The notes under the pieces were generated by a model. The model was not told the DNA's origin, searched no databases, and saw only the letters and a list, made by a program, of their open reading frames with translations. The translations under genes were made by a program, and so were the position numbers. Positions 18,688 to 27,935 of a stretch of DNA of 64,000 nt are shown here, in pieces. Within the stretch, counting starts at the first letter, position 1. Every line of letters begins with the position of its first letter. Origin of the DNA: an uncultured Chitinophaga sp. (GTDB lineage: Bacteria > Bacteroidota > Bacteroidia > Chitinophagales > LD1); NCBI GenBank assembly GCA_964423405.1, contig CAYREY010000005.1:64494-128493 (forward strand), read 5' to 3'.

Positions 18688-21600
18688 CTATTTAATAAGG
18701 GTTATAGTGCCTTTATATAATTCTTCGGTGTGGTCATCTACAAACACCGCGCGCAGGGTATATACAAACACCGCCGGGTTAAGCGGCGCACCTTTATAGG
18801 TACCGTCCCAGGCAAAGTTCAGGTCGTTGCTTTCGTACACCTTCTCGCCTATCCGGTTAAATATCTGCACATCTATATACTTCAAAGCCTGTAGCCTGCC
18901 GTATATACGAAACACATCGTTGTTGCCATCGCTGTTGGGTGTAAAGGTGTTGGGTATAAACAAATCGTAACGCGGTATTACCGTTACCGTAACCGGTTGT
19001 ACTGCCGTACAACTGTTGCCGTTTACATCGGCGGTTACCTGCACGGTGTATTCCATGCTGTTGTAAGTAGTAACTACCGGGTTGGCGCAATCGGTACAGC
19101 TAAGCCCATTGGCAGGGCTCCATAGGTATATAGTTGCAGGGTCGTAATTACTGGTAGCTGCAAGTTGCAGCGTATCGCCCAGGTTAATAGTAGCATCCAG
19201 CGGCACCACATTAAGTTGTACTTGTTGCGGCTCTGTTATAACTACCGCTGCTGTTTGGGTACAGCCATTATCATCGGTTACCACATAGGTATAACTACCA
19301 GCCTGCAAACCGGCAAATACACCGGTAGCATTATCCGGCTGACCGGTAAGGCTGTACGTATATGGCACTGTGCCACCGGTAGTATTAACTACCACCTGTC
19401 CGTTACCCAAACCATAGCAGGTTACATGGCTTACCGTATCGGTAGCAACCAGCAATGCCGGTTCGCTTACGGTAGCGCCAATAGTTGCGGTACAGCCAAA
19501 ATTATCTGTTACATCAATGGTGTAGCTACCGGCTGCCAGTGCAGCAAAAGCACCCTGGGTATTGGTTTGCAATACACTACCCGCCTGGCTTAACACATAG
19601 GTGTAGGGCAACACACCACCGGTGGCCGTAATGGCAACAGCACCGGTGCTTTCGCTGTTACATTGCACATCGGTTACCTGTGCGGTTAAGCCTACATTTA
19701 TTACAGTAAGTACAGTGGTTACTACGCTATCGCAGCCGTATATATTGGCAAGTGTTACCACATAGCTGCCGCTTGTGTTTACGGTATTACCATCGGGCAG
19801 GGTGTAGGTACTGCCAGTGCATATAGTATCGGTAACGGTAGTAGCCGATACCGGCCATACGTGCAGGTACGTAGTAATTACACTATCGCAGCCATTAATG
19901 GTAAGCAGCGTAGTGGTGTATGTGCCGGCAGTAGTTACCGTAGTAGCATCGGGCAGGGTATAGCTTTGGTTGGCACAAATAGTATCATATACATCTACCG
20001 CATACACCGGGTTAACTGTCAGGTTGGTAATAACCGTACTATCGCATCCATACCGGTTAAGCAACAGCGATGTATCTATCATACTTACCGTACCGGTACC
20101 CCCATCGGGAAAAGTATAAACATCGCCATCGCAAATAGCTGCATTTACCAATACGGTATCGGGGTTGTGCACTACTATGGTAACGGTATCGCTTACATTA
20201 CACAGGCTTACAAACGATATATCATCTAAAGCAAAGTCGTTACCCCCGCCGGTGGTGTTCTGGTTTACAATACATATATCGGCAGTAGTATTGCTGCCCG
20301 AGTTCCACACAGCATAAAACTGCTGCCACTGGCAAACAGTAGCCGGCACTGTAAACGGCGCACCCAGCAAAGCACTGTTAATAGAAAACTGTAGTATGGC
20401 CGGGCTGCCTGCACTTACACTCTCTGCCCAGCAACCAAAGGCATAGTTGGTATTAGGCACTACGTTAATAGTCTGGCACCATACGCTGGTGTTGGGTGTA
20501 CCAGCACCGTTTACTATCATCATATTACCGGCACCGGTAGTATGGTCGGGGCAGGCCGAAAAACCACTATGATACGTATTGGGGTTGTTACCCACATAAT
20601 ACGTACCTGCCGGTGTAACATCGCTCTGGTACGTGTACGAACTGGTAAACGCCGCATTGCCACTTTCAAAACCACCGTTGCCAATTAAATCGGCACTGGC
20701 AACCTGGGTAGTTACAATGTAGCTGGTAGTTTGTACCGGTGTAGCTACCGGGTTGGGTATGTTAGGGTCGCTAAGGTTGGTAGCAGGTGTCCAACTGTAT
20801 GTATATAAACCGCCGCTGGCGTTTAACTGCACTGCGTTGCCCTTACATAGCTGCGTATCGTTACTGGCCGCCATGGTAGGCGGCACCACCGTAAAGTTGG
20901 TTATTATTATACTATCGCAGCCGTTTACGGTGTTAAGTGTATCGCGGTATACACCGGTAGTATTTACAGGCGTGCCACCGGGCAGTATGTACAAATCGCT
21001 GGGGCAAATAGTCTGGCTTACGGTGTAGCTGTAAGTAGGGTACACGGTAAGGTTAGTAGTAATTATACTATCGCAACCGGCACCGGTAGTAAGGTTACTC
21101 ACATAACTGCCGGTAGCGCTCACTGCAGTACCATCGGGCAGCGTATAGCTTTCGCCCTGGCAAATGGTGGTGTTTACAGTTTGGTTGTAGGTAGGGTTTA
21201 CCGTAACGGTTACGGTATCGGTAGCTGTACAAAGCAGCGAGAATGATATATCATCCAACGCAAAATCGTTGGCACCGGCATTGGTGTTCTGGTTTAGTAT
21301 GCAAATGTTGGCGCTGGTATTGCTGCCCGAGTTCCACGTGCTGTAAAACTGCTGCCAGTTGCAGGTATTGGCCGGTGCTGTAAACACGGCCCCCAGCGGA
21401 CTGCCGTTTATAGAAAACTGTAACTGCGCCAGGTTGCCCGGCGACAGGGTTACCAACCAGGTAGAAAATGCGTAATCGGTATTAGGCTCTACGCTCACCG
21501 TTTGGCAATAAATAGTAACGTTGGCCGCAGTAGCTCCGTTCACACACAACATATTACCGGTACCGGTAGTATGGTCGCCACAAGGGGCCATGCCACCGTT

Positions 21601-23409
21601 CCATGCAGCAGCATTAGGGCCTACATATATCTGCCCTTCGGTAGTATTATTGGTGGTGTAGGTATAGCTGGATGAGAAACCGGTGTTACCCGAACTGAAA
21701 TCGCTGTTTACAATTGCATTGCCCGCAGGTATCTGCGATGTAACCACATAGCTGGTGGTAGCTGTTGGGTTGGCAACCGGGTTGGCAATAGTGGTACTGC
21801 TAAGGCCGGTAGCCGGGCTCCAGTTATAAATAAGCCCACCGGTGGCGTTCAGTTGAGTATTATCGCCATTGCAGATAGCTACATCACTACCCGCATTTAC
21901 TACTGCCTGCGCTACCGTAAGGTTAGTGGTAACTATACTATCGCAACGGCCTGCAGCAGGTATGGTATCTATATACGTACCGGCAGCAGCAGCCATACCA
22001 CCACCGGGCAGTATATAAGCGCTGCCGGGGCAAATGGTTACGTTTTGTGTACTTTGTCCGTAAGTATCTATAGTTATATCGCTTACCGATGTATCGGCAA
22101 TACAGCCCAGGTAACGGATTAACTGAATAGTGTACGTACCAGCCACTGTGTAAGTATGTGTTGGCGCAACCAGCCCCGATGTATTTTGCGCACCCGAACC
22201 GGCATCGCCAAAGTTCCAGTGTACCGAATCTAAAAACGTAGTATTGCTGTTAATAGTAAACGCAACCGGGCTGTTTACACAACCAGGGGCCGAGTATAAA
22301 ATCAAATCTGCCGTATCAAAATAATTTTGAATAAAGGGCGGCAGGCCCAGGTAAGCTGTACGGCCTGATAAACTTACCGCATTATTGGTAAAGCCACAGG
22401 CAGCACCCAACTGGTTAGGGTTATTTATTACCCCCAGCCACGGCGTACCATATTCCGGAAAATAAATTTTACCATCGGGGCCAAGCTGCAACGTACCACC
22501 CCTGTAACCACTACCAACCGCGGTACCCACCTGCACCATACTGGCTACAATAGCAGCGGGTGTACCAGCCTGTAGGTCCCATTGCCAGGTAGTACCGTTG
22601 TTTATCTTCAACCCATACAGCAGGTTATTATCCGGCGAAAACGCCACACCATAACACTCGTTGGCATTGCCCAGAAAAACCGGATTGGATACTACACCGG
22701 TAGCGTTATTAAAATCGAGCAACTCAAAACCAATCGTTCGCATGGCACTTGCCAGTTTAGTGCCATCGTTGCTGGCAGTAAGGCAACCCCAACCGGGCCA
22801 GCCCTCTACCTGCCCCACAGCACTGGTTACCGGTGCACTTACCCCGCTACAATCTACCAGGTAGGCATAGTAAGTGTTGTTATTAAACCCGTGGGCTATT
22901 ACCCATATGTACAACCCGTTGGCGTGCTTTACCGCGGCACATTTCTCTACGGCGGGGGTAAACAGTTGTGTATTCTTAGTGGCAGTTATTACATCGCCCA
23001 GGCCACCGTTAAGTGTCATATCTACCTCGCTGTAACAAAAGCCACCGGGGTTACCCTGTGCCGCAACCGTAAATATGTAGTAGCGGGTACTGCTACCGGG
23101 TTTAGGCACTATAATACCCGACTGTGCAGAAGATGGATCGCCCAGCAGGCCATTGCCATTGGGCATTTGTACGTGGTTGCGGTTCCATACCCGTATTCCA
23201 TCGGTATAAAAAAGCAGGTTACCGGCAGCATCGCTGATGGTAGCACTACCTTCGTTGGTAGATAACACGCCATCGGTAATAGCCACAGGGCTGCCGCTGT
23301 TAAAATCTACGCCGGCGGTGGCGCCAAAATACCAGATATTGGCCTGGCCCTGCGGATATGCATGCACGCCAAACAATAAAAAAATCAGAAGGGGGTAAAG
23401 TTGTTTCAT
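18688..23409 (-). CDS. T9SS type B sorting-domain cargo (1573 aa), multidomain surface protein
   Basis: The signal peptide is MKQLYPLLIFLLFGVHAYPQ. The N-terminal ~370 aa look like a beta-propeller. A PKD domain is present (HWNFGDAGSG). There are two copies of a PKD-like domain plus a jelly-roll domain ending in NDFALDDISF, seven CxGxxYxLPDG modules and two SprB-type repeats. The last 168 aa are about 80 percent identical (135/168 by my count) to those of the neighbouring 1426-aa protein, including the type B sorting domain. Confidence 0.85.
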   Translation of the reverse strand: MKQLYPLLIFLLFGVHAYPQGQANIWYFGATAGVDFNSGSPVAITDGVLSTNEGSATISDAAGNLLFYTDGIRVWNRNHVQMPNGNGLLGDPSSAQSGIIVPKPGSSTRYYIFTVAAQGNPGGFCYSEVDMTLNGGLGDVITATKNTQLFTPAVEKCAAVKHANGLYIWVIAHGFNNNTYYAYLVDCSGVSAPVTSAVGQVEGWPGWGCLTASNDGTKLASAMRTIGFELLDFNNATGVVSNPVFLGNANECYGVAFSPDNNLLYGLKINNGTTWQWDLQAGTPAAIVASMVQVGTAVGSGYRGGTLQLGPDGKIYFPEYGTPWLGVINNPNQLGAACGFTNNAVSLSGRTAYLGLPPFIQNYFDTADLILYSAPGCVNSPVAFTINSNTTFLDSVHWNFGDAGSGAQNTSGLVAPTHTYTVAGTYTIQLIRYLGCIADTSVSDITIDTYGQSTQNVTICPGSAYILPGGGMAAAAGTYIDTIPAAGRCDSIVTTNLTVAQAVVNAGSDVAICNGDNTQLNATGGLIYNWSPATGLSSTTIANPVANPTATTSYVVTSQIPAGNAIVNSDFSSGNTGFSSSYTYTTNNTTEGQIYVGPNAAAWNGGMAPCGDHTTGTGNMLCVNGATAANVTIYCQTVSVEPNTDYAFSTWLVTLSPGNLAQLQFSINGSPLGAVFTAPANTCNWQQFYSTWNSGSNTSANICILNQNTNAGANDFALDDISFSLLCTATDTVTVTVNPTYNQTVNTTICQGESYTLPDGTAVSATGSYVSNLTTGAGCDSIITTNLTVYPTYSYTVSQTICPSDLYILPGGTPVNTTGVYRDTLNTVNGCDSIIITNFTVVPPTMAASNDTQLCKGNAVQLNASGGLYTYSWTPATNLSDPNIPNPVATPVQTTSYIVTTQVASADLIGNGGFESGNAAFTSSYTYQSDVTPAGTYYVGNNPNTYHSGFSACPDHTTGAGNMMIVNGAGTPNTSVWCQTINVVPNTNYAFGCWAESVSAGSPAILQFSINSALLGAPFTVPATVCQWQQFYAVWNSGSNTTADICIVNQNTTGGGNDFALDDISFVSLCNVSDTVTIVVHNPDTVLVNAAICDGDVYTFPDGGTGTVSMIDTSLLLNRYGCDSTVITNLTVNPVYAVDVYDTICANQSYTLPDATTVTTAGTYTTTLLTINGCDSVITTYLHVWPVSATTVTDTICTGSTYTLPDGNTVNTSGSYVVTLANIYGCDSVVTTVLTVINVGLTAQVTDVQCNSESTGAVAITATGGVLPYTYVLSQAGSVLQTNTQGAFAALAAGSYTIDVTDNFGCTATIGATVSEPALLVATDTVSHVTCYGLGNGQVVVNTTGGTVPYTYSLTGQPDNATGVFAGLQAGSYTYVVTDDNGCTQTAAVVITEPQQVQLNVVPLDATINLGDTLQLAATSNYDPATIYLWSPANGLSCTDCANPVVTTYNSMEYTVQVTADVNGNSCTAVQPVTVTVIPRYDLFIPNTFTPNSDGNNDVFRIYGRLQALKYIDVQIFNRIGEKVYESNDLNFAWDGTYKGAPLNPAVFVYTLRAVFVDDHTEELYKGTITLIK

Positions 23410-23505
23410 GAGTGCCTAAAAACTGCCATAAAGATAACTTTTCGGGGCTATTGGTTGTATTGCAGCGCCCTTTTAGCTATCAACATTTCTGCTACTTTTA
23501 CGCCC

Positions 23506-24156
23506 ATGGAATTTATAAAACTAGCCCTCGATTTTTTCCTGCACCTGGATAAACACCTGGCCGACCTGCTAACCCAATATGGCACACTTACTTACGTAAT
23601 ACTGTTTTTAATTGTGTTTGTAGAAACCGGCCTGATAGTAATGCCGCTGCTGCCCGGCGATTCGCTGCTTTTCGCCGCCGGTGCACTGGCCTCGGCCACC
23701 GGCAAACTGGATATTGCCATTATTATACCCCTGCTTATTATAGCCGCCCTGTTGGGCGATAACGTAAACTACTTTGTAGGCCGTTTTTTCAGCGCGCAGA
23801 TAAAAGCCCGTGACCGCATATTGTTTTTTAAGCGGGAGTACATTACCGAAACAGAAGCCTTTTATGCCAAATACGGCGGACAAACCATTATAATGGCCCG
23901 CTTTGTACCTATAGTACGCACCATAGCACCCTTTGTAGCCGGTGCCGGTAATATGCACTATGCCAAATACATTACCTATTGTATTGGTGGTGCTATACTT
24001 TGGGTAAGCAGCATAACCACCCTGGGCTATATGTTTGGCAACTACGAACCGGTTAAAAAGAACTTTGAATTTGTAGTACTGGGTATCATCTTTATATCGG
24101 TGCTACCCATACTGTGGGGCGTGGTTAAAAGCAAACTTAACAGCAGCAAAGCATGA
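23506..24156 (+). CDS. dedA: DedA/VTT-family membrane protein
   Basis: ATG 23506 gives MEFIKLALDFFLHLDKHLADLL. The conserved FVETGLIVMPLLPGDSLLF and MARFVPIVRTIAPFVAGAG blocks are present. The stop overlaps the aroE start (ATGA). Confidence 0.8.
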   Translation: MEFIKLALDFFLHLDKHLADLLTQYGTLTYVILFLIVFVETGLIVMPLLPGDSLLFAAGALASATGKLDIAIIIPLLIIAALLGDNVNYFVGRFFSAQIKARDRILFFKREYITETEAFYAKYGGQTIIMARFVPIVRTIAPFVAGAGNMHYAKYITYCIGGAILWVSSITTLGYMFGNYEPVKKNFEFVVLGIIFISVLPILWGVVKSKLNSSKA

Positions 24157-24881
24157 AGCAGTACGGATTGATAGGTTACCCTCTCTCCCACTCCTTCTCA
24201 AAAAAATACTTTGAAGAAAAATTTGCCCGCGAACAGATAAGCGGGTGTAGCTATCAGCTATATGAGTTAGCTGCCATAGAAGAACTAACCGGCCTGCGAA
24301 CCACCACACCCAACCTGTGTGGACTTAACGTTACCATACCCTACAAACAATCGGTAATGGCCTACCTGCACAGCCTATCGGCAGAAGCCGAAAGCATTGG
24401 TGCAGTTAACTGCATTAAAATAAGCACCGGTAAACTACACGGCCACAATACCGATTGGTACGGCTTTGCCACTTCACTAAAAAGCTTTTTACAGCAAACA
24501 CCACAACAGGCATTTATACTGGGCACCGGTGGCTCATCTAAAGCAGTAGAATATGTACTGAACCGGCTAGGCATACCTTACCGGTATGTGTCGCGCACAG
24601 CAGGTAGCAATAGTATTGCATACGAAACCATAGCGCAACACCTGCAACCAAGCAACCTGTTTATTAACACCACTCCACTGGGCATGTACCCCAACATAGC
24701 CGATGCACCGGCCATACCTTACCACCAGCTTACCACTAACGATTACCTGTTCGACCTGATATACAACCCCACCGAAACCCTGTTTTTACAGCAAGGTAAA
24801 GCCAAGGGTGCGCAAACCCAAAACGGCCTTGCTATGCTACAGCTACAAGCCGAAAAAAGCTGGGAAATTTGGAATAGCTGA
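24153..24881 (+). CDS. aroE: Shikimate 5-dehydrogenase
   Basis: Diagnostic blocks are YGLIGYPLSHSFSKKYF, GLNVTIPYKQSV, IGAVNCI, GHNTDWYGF and ILGTGGSSKAV. Confidence 0.85.
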   Translation: MKQYGLIGYPLSHSFSKKYFEEKFAREQISGCSYQLYELAAIEELTGLRTTTPNLCGLNVTIPYKQSVMAYLHSLSAEAESIGAVNCIKISTGKLHGHNTDWYGFATSLKSFLQQTPQQAFILGTGGSSKAVEYVLNRLGIPYRYVSRTAGSNSIAYETIAQHLQPSNLFINTTPLGMYPNIADAPAIPYHQLTTNDYLFDLIYNPTETLFLQQGKAKGAQTQNGLAMLQLQAEKSWEIWNS

Positions 24882-24947
24882 TCAGTATTTACCGAATTAC
24901 AAATTGACTGATTTACAAATTGAAGGTATATTTATTCAATCTAAAAT

Positions 24948-25772
24948 TCACTTCAACTGCACATGTAAGTGGTCATCGTGCCGTACCGAGCGGCAACCCT
25001 GAAAACGTATTTTATCGTACTGCTGTAAGTCCAGCCGTTGTTTCAGGTGTGGCTCTATAAACACTTTGCCAATTCTTTCATCTATTACAAACTGCTTCAC
25101 CAGTAAGGCGGTCAGCGTTTCATCAAACACATAATTACTGTAGCTACCCTGTGGCACCAGTTGGTTAAGCAGCCCATATTGCGCATAGCCACACTTTTTA
25201 CAAAATGCAGCCCGGTCCTCCTCTCCCTGTTTCGGGCCTTCGCTTATACCGTAACCAATAACCGAGGGCGATGAATTACTTAACGTATTATCGGCTGCAT
25301 ACCGGTACACAAAAGCCAGGTCTATCTTTTTACCATCGTTATGGCTCAGGTGCGGAAACAACGGAAACCCATCGCCAAACGGGAAACAGGCATCCAGATA
25401 ACACAGCACAAACGTACTGTCGCGCCGGTGCATAGCAACGGCAACATCATTCACTACCTCGCGTAGTTGCGGGCGTACATAATTACGATTCAGCACACAG
25501 GTAATAACCGTAACCGGCTTAACGTGGTTGTGTTCGTTCAGTGGCAAACGTACCCGGCCCAACATACCGGCCAGCGGAGGTACCACTACAAACGTTGCCG
25601 ATAAATACAACAACACAAACAGTAATGCCTTTAGCATAAGGCGTTGCCACTTTATTATGGTTATACTGTTTATATAACGGTGCAACAGCAGCGATAACAA
25701 CAGCACCAGCCCGCCTATCTGTGTAAGCACTGTTAGTAGTATAACCAGTAAAATTTTCAGAGTTGTTTTCAT
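24948..25772 (-). CDS. Membrane-anchored protein with LAS-type (MepA-like) zinc peptidase motifs
   Basis: Two N-terminal TM helices are present. SHNDGKKIDL (H-x6-D) and RHDDHLHVQL (HxH) resemble the zinc ligand blocks of penicillin-insensitive murein endopeptidase/LAS metallopeptidases. The assignment rests on motifs only. Confidence 0.4.
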   Translation of the reverse strand: MKTTLKILLVILLTVLTQIGGLVLLLSLLLHRYINSITIIKWQRLMLKALLFVLLYLSATFVVVPPLAGMLGRVRLPLNEHNHVKPVTVITCVLNRNYVRPQLREVVNDVAVAMHRRDSTFVLCYLDACFPFGDGFPLFPHLSHNDGKKIDLAFVYRYAADNTLSNSSPSVIGYGISEGPKQGEEDRAAFCKKCGYAQYGLLNQLVPQGSYSNYVFDETLTALLVKQFVIDERIGKVFIEPHLKQRLDLQQYDKIRFQGCRSVRHDDHLHVQLK

Positions 25773-25852
25773 ACGGCTGCCGGTAATTACTTAACGCAGC
25801 CTGCTATAACTTAGTATCTGCTACGGCTACAACCCGAAGCACTTCGTACTTC

Positions 25853-26428
25853 TTACTTCCTCAGGCCCCACCAAACCATACCGGCATTAAAGGCTGTAAT
25901 ACTGCTGGCAATAAAAGCCTTCATCCAGGCCTTGCTGTGAAAATCGGGCAAATCGCCCTGCAACAGTTCTTTCGATTGTTGCCAGATAGCAAAGTAGTCG
26001 GATATGTAATAGGCATCTTTAAGCACAAACAACACATAAAAGGCTATCACCAGCAGGTAAGGCACCGGCGATACTTTTTTTACAGTTTGCGAGTACAGGT
26101 TAGCCAATACCATAAGCGCCAGAAAAGATACATTCATTAAAAACACCATTATGGATTGTATATCCATAAACTTCATGGCCAGGTCTTTTGCCTGTAGTTG
26201 TTTCATAGTATCGTTACCGGCCACACTACCATCGCCCAGCATATACATGGTAAACCACGACAAACCCAATGTTAACACAACAGCCACACCAAAAATAATA
26301 GTGAATATGCGCAGTACTCTCTTAGGCTCTATCTGAAAAAACTGCGCAGTGGTATAGGAGCGCTTGTACACAAAGCCCATCATAAACCCAATGGCAGCAA
26401 TAAGTATAAATATCATTAACGAAAACAT
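25853..26428 (-). CDS. Integral membrane protein, function unknown
   Basis: The 191-aa product has about 5 hydrophobic helices. It starts 14 nt downstream of rmuC, so the two are probably co-transcribed. Confidence 0.45.
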   Translation of the reverse strand: MFSLMIFILIAAIGFMMGFVYKRSYTTAQFFQIEPKRVLRIFTIIFGVAVVLTLGLSWFTMYMLGDGSVAGNDTMKQLQAKDLAMKFMDIQSIMVFLMNVSFLALMVLANLYSQTVKKVSPVPYLLVIAFYVLFVLKDAYYISDYFAIWQQSKELLQGDLPDFHSKAWMKAFIASSITAFNAGMVWWGLRK

Positions 26429-26442
26429 GGCTTGCTATTGGT

Positions 26443-27822
26443 TTAGTCGTCTGAACGATCTAATAAATTCTGAGGCAAATCTTTTGTAGCCTTTGCCCCT
26501 AACTCCTTAAGTTTTTCAACTTGCCTTACAACGTTACCTCTTCCCTCTACTAGTTTATTCATTGCGCCATCATATGCCTCCTTACTTGATTTTAGTTTTT
26601 TACCTAAATCAAGCATATCATCAACAAAACTTTTAAACTTATCATATAAATCACCGCCCGTTTTTGCAATTTCAAGATGATTTCTACTTTGCATTTCCTG
26701 TTTCCAAATAGATGAAATAGTACGTAAGGTTGCAAGTAGTGTAGATGGACTAACTATAACAATTTTTTTATCCCAGGCAAAATTAAACAACTCAATATCC
26801 CCTTGCACCGCCAGGCTGAACGATGATTCAATAGGAACAAACAACAAAACAAAATCAGGTGAACTTAACCCAGTTGCAGTTTGATAGCCTTTATCACTCA
26901 AAAGTTTCACATGGCTTCTTATTGACTCTATATGGCTTTTTAAAAATCTTGATCGGTCTTCTTCATTTGTAGCATTTACACAATTGTTATAAGCCACCAA
27001 CGATACCTTAGAATCGACAATTATGTGTTTCTTGTCCGGCAAGAAAATAACTACATCTGGTTTAATCTTATCACCCGACGCATTAATATCTGTAAACTGA
27101 GTTTGGTAGTTAGTGCCTTCCACTAATCCCGAACGCTCCAGTATCTTCTCCAGCACCATCTCGCCCCAGTTACCCTGCTGTTTGTTATCGCCTTTTAGCG
27201 CCGTAGCCAGGTTGTTGGCCTCTTCGCTTATCTGCTTGTTCAGGTCTATCAGGTTTTTAATCTCGGCTTTCAGGGTAATGCGCTCGGTACTCTCTGCTTT
27301 ATACGCCTGGTCTACCTTTTGTTCAAACTCGCGCAGCTTTTCCTTAAACGGATTTAGTATAATATCCAGGTTACTACGGTTCTGCTCGGTAAACTTCTGG
27401 CTTTTCTCATCCAGTATGCGGTTGGCCAGGTTTTCAAACTCGCGCGTAAAGCGCTGGTTCAATTGTTCCAGTTCGGCTTTCTGTTCGGTAAGTTTCTGCA
27501 GCAGGTTTTCATTCTCCTTAACAGCCGCGGCAAGTTTAGGTTGCAACACATCGGTTTTACTGCGTTCTTCATTAAAACGGGCATCTGCTTTGGTGCGCTC
27601 ATCGGCCAGCCGGGTTTCGGCTTTCAGGCGTTCTTCTTTCAGGCGGTTTTCGGCACTATCGGCTACCAGCCGCACTTCGTTTTTCAATTCGGCTATATTT
27701 ACTTCCAGCAAACGGGCCTTTTCGGTGGCAGCCGCAAGGGCGCTATCGCCTTTACTTTTTAAAAAGAAAAAGGCAAGGGCAAAACCAACTATCAATCCTA
27801 TAATTAAAAACACTATATCCAT
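26443..27822 (-). CDS. rmuC: DNA recombination protein RmuC
   Basis: The first ATG is at 27822 (MDIVFLIIGLIVGF, an N-terminal anchor); the track start at 27831 is a TTG. A long K/E-rich coiled coil is followed by an RmuC nuclease-like core (PDVVIFLPDKKHIIVDSKVSLVAY, VLLFVPIES). Confidence 0.85.
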   Translation of the reverse strand: MDIVFLIIGLIVGFALAFFFLKSKGDSALAAATEKARLLEVNIAELKNEVRLVADSAENRLKEERLKAETRLADERTKADARFNEERSKTDVLQPKLAAAVKENENLLQKLTEQKAELEQLNQRFTREFENLANRILDEKSQKFTEQNRSNLDIILNPFKEKLREFEQKVDQAYKAESTERITLKAEIKNLIDLNKQISEEANNLATALKGDNKQQGNWGEMVLEKILERSGLVEGTNYQTQFTDINASGDKIKPDVVIFLPDKKHIIVDSKVSLVAYNNCVNATNEEDRSRFLKSHIESIRSHVKLLSDKGYQTATGLSSPDFVLLFVPIESSFSLAVQGDIELFNFAWDKKIVIVSPSTLLATLRTISSIWKQEMQSRNHLEIAKTGGDLYDKFKSFVDDMLDLGKKLKSSKEAYDGAMNKLVEGRGNVVRQVEKLKELGAKATKDLPQNLLDRSDD

Positions 27823-27935
27823 ACGGTGCAAGGGGTTTCGGTTTTAAAAATAGCAATACCTGTCAGAATGAAAATAATTTTCAACTTCGCACCGTAAATA
27901 CGCCTTGTACCCCCCAAGGCATAACAACTTATAAC

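Noticed and set aside
24153-24156. The ATGA overlap between dedA and aroE could hint at an unusual functional coupling.
   Set aside because: Four-nt overlaps are common in compact operons. Nothing in the sequence suggests a functional link beyond co-transcription.
24896-24922. The direct repeat ttacaaattga occurs twice between the convergent aroE and the LAS-like gene.
   Set aside because: There are only two 11-nt copies in an AT-rich 3' intergenic region, with no associated structure or ORF. This is most likely chance or a weak terminator region.
27113-27847. A 244-aa plus-strand ORF lies opposite rmuC.
   Set aside because: It is a Ser/Phe/Arg-rich mirror image of the K/E-rich RmuC coiled coil. 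RmuC motifs on the minus strand are unambiguous.
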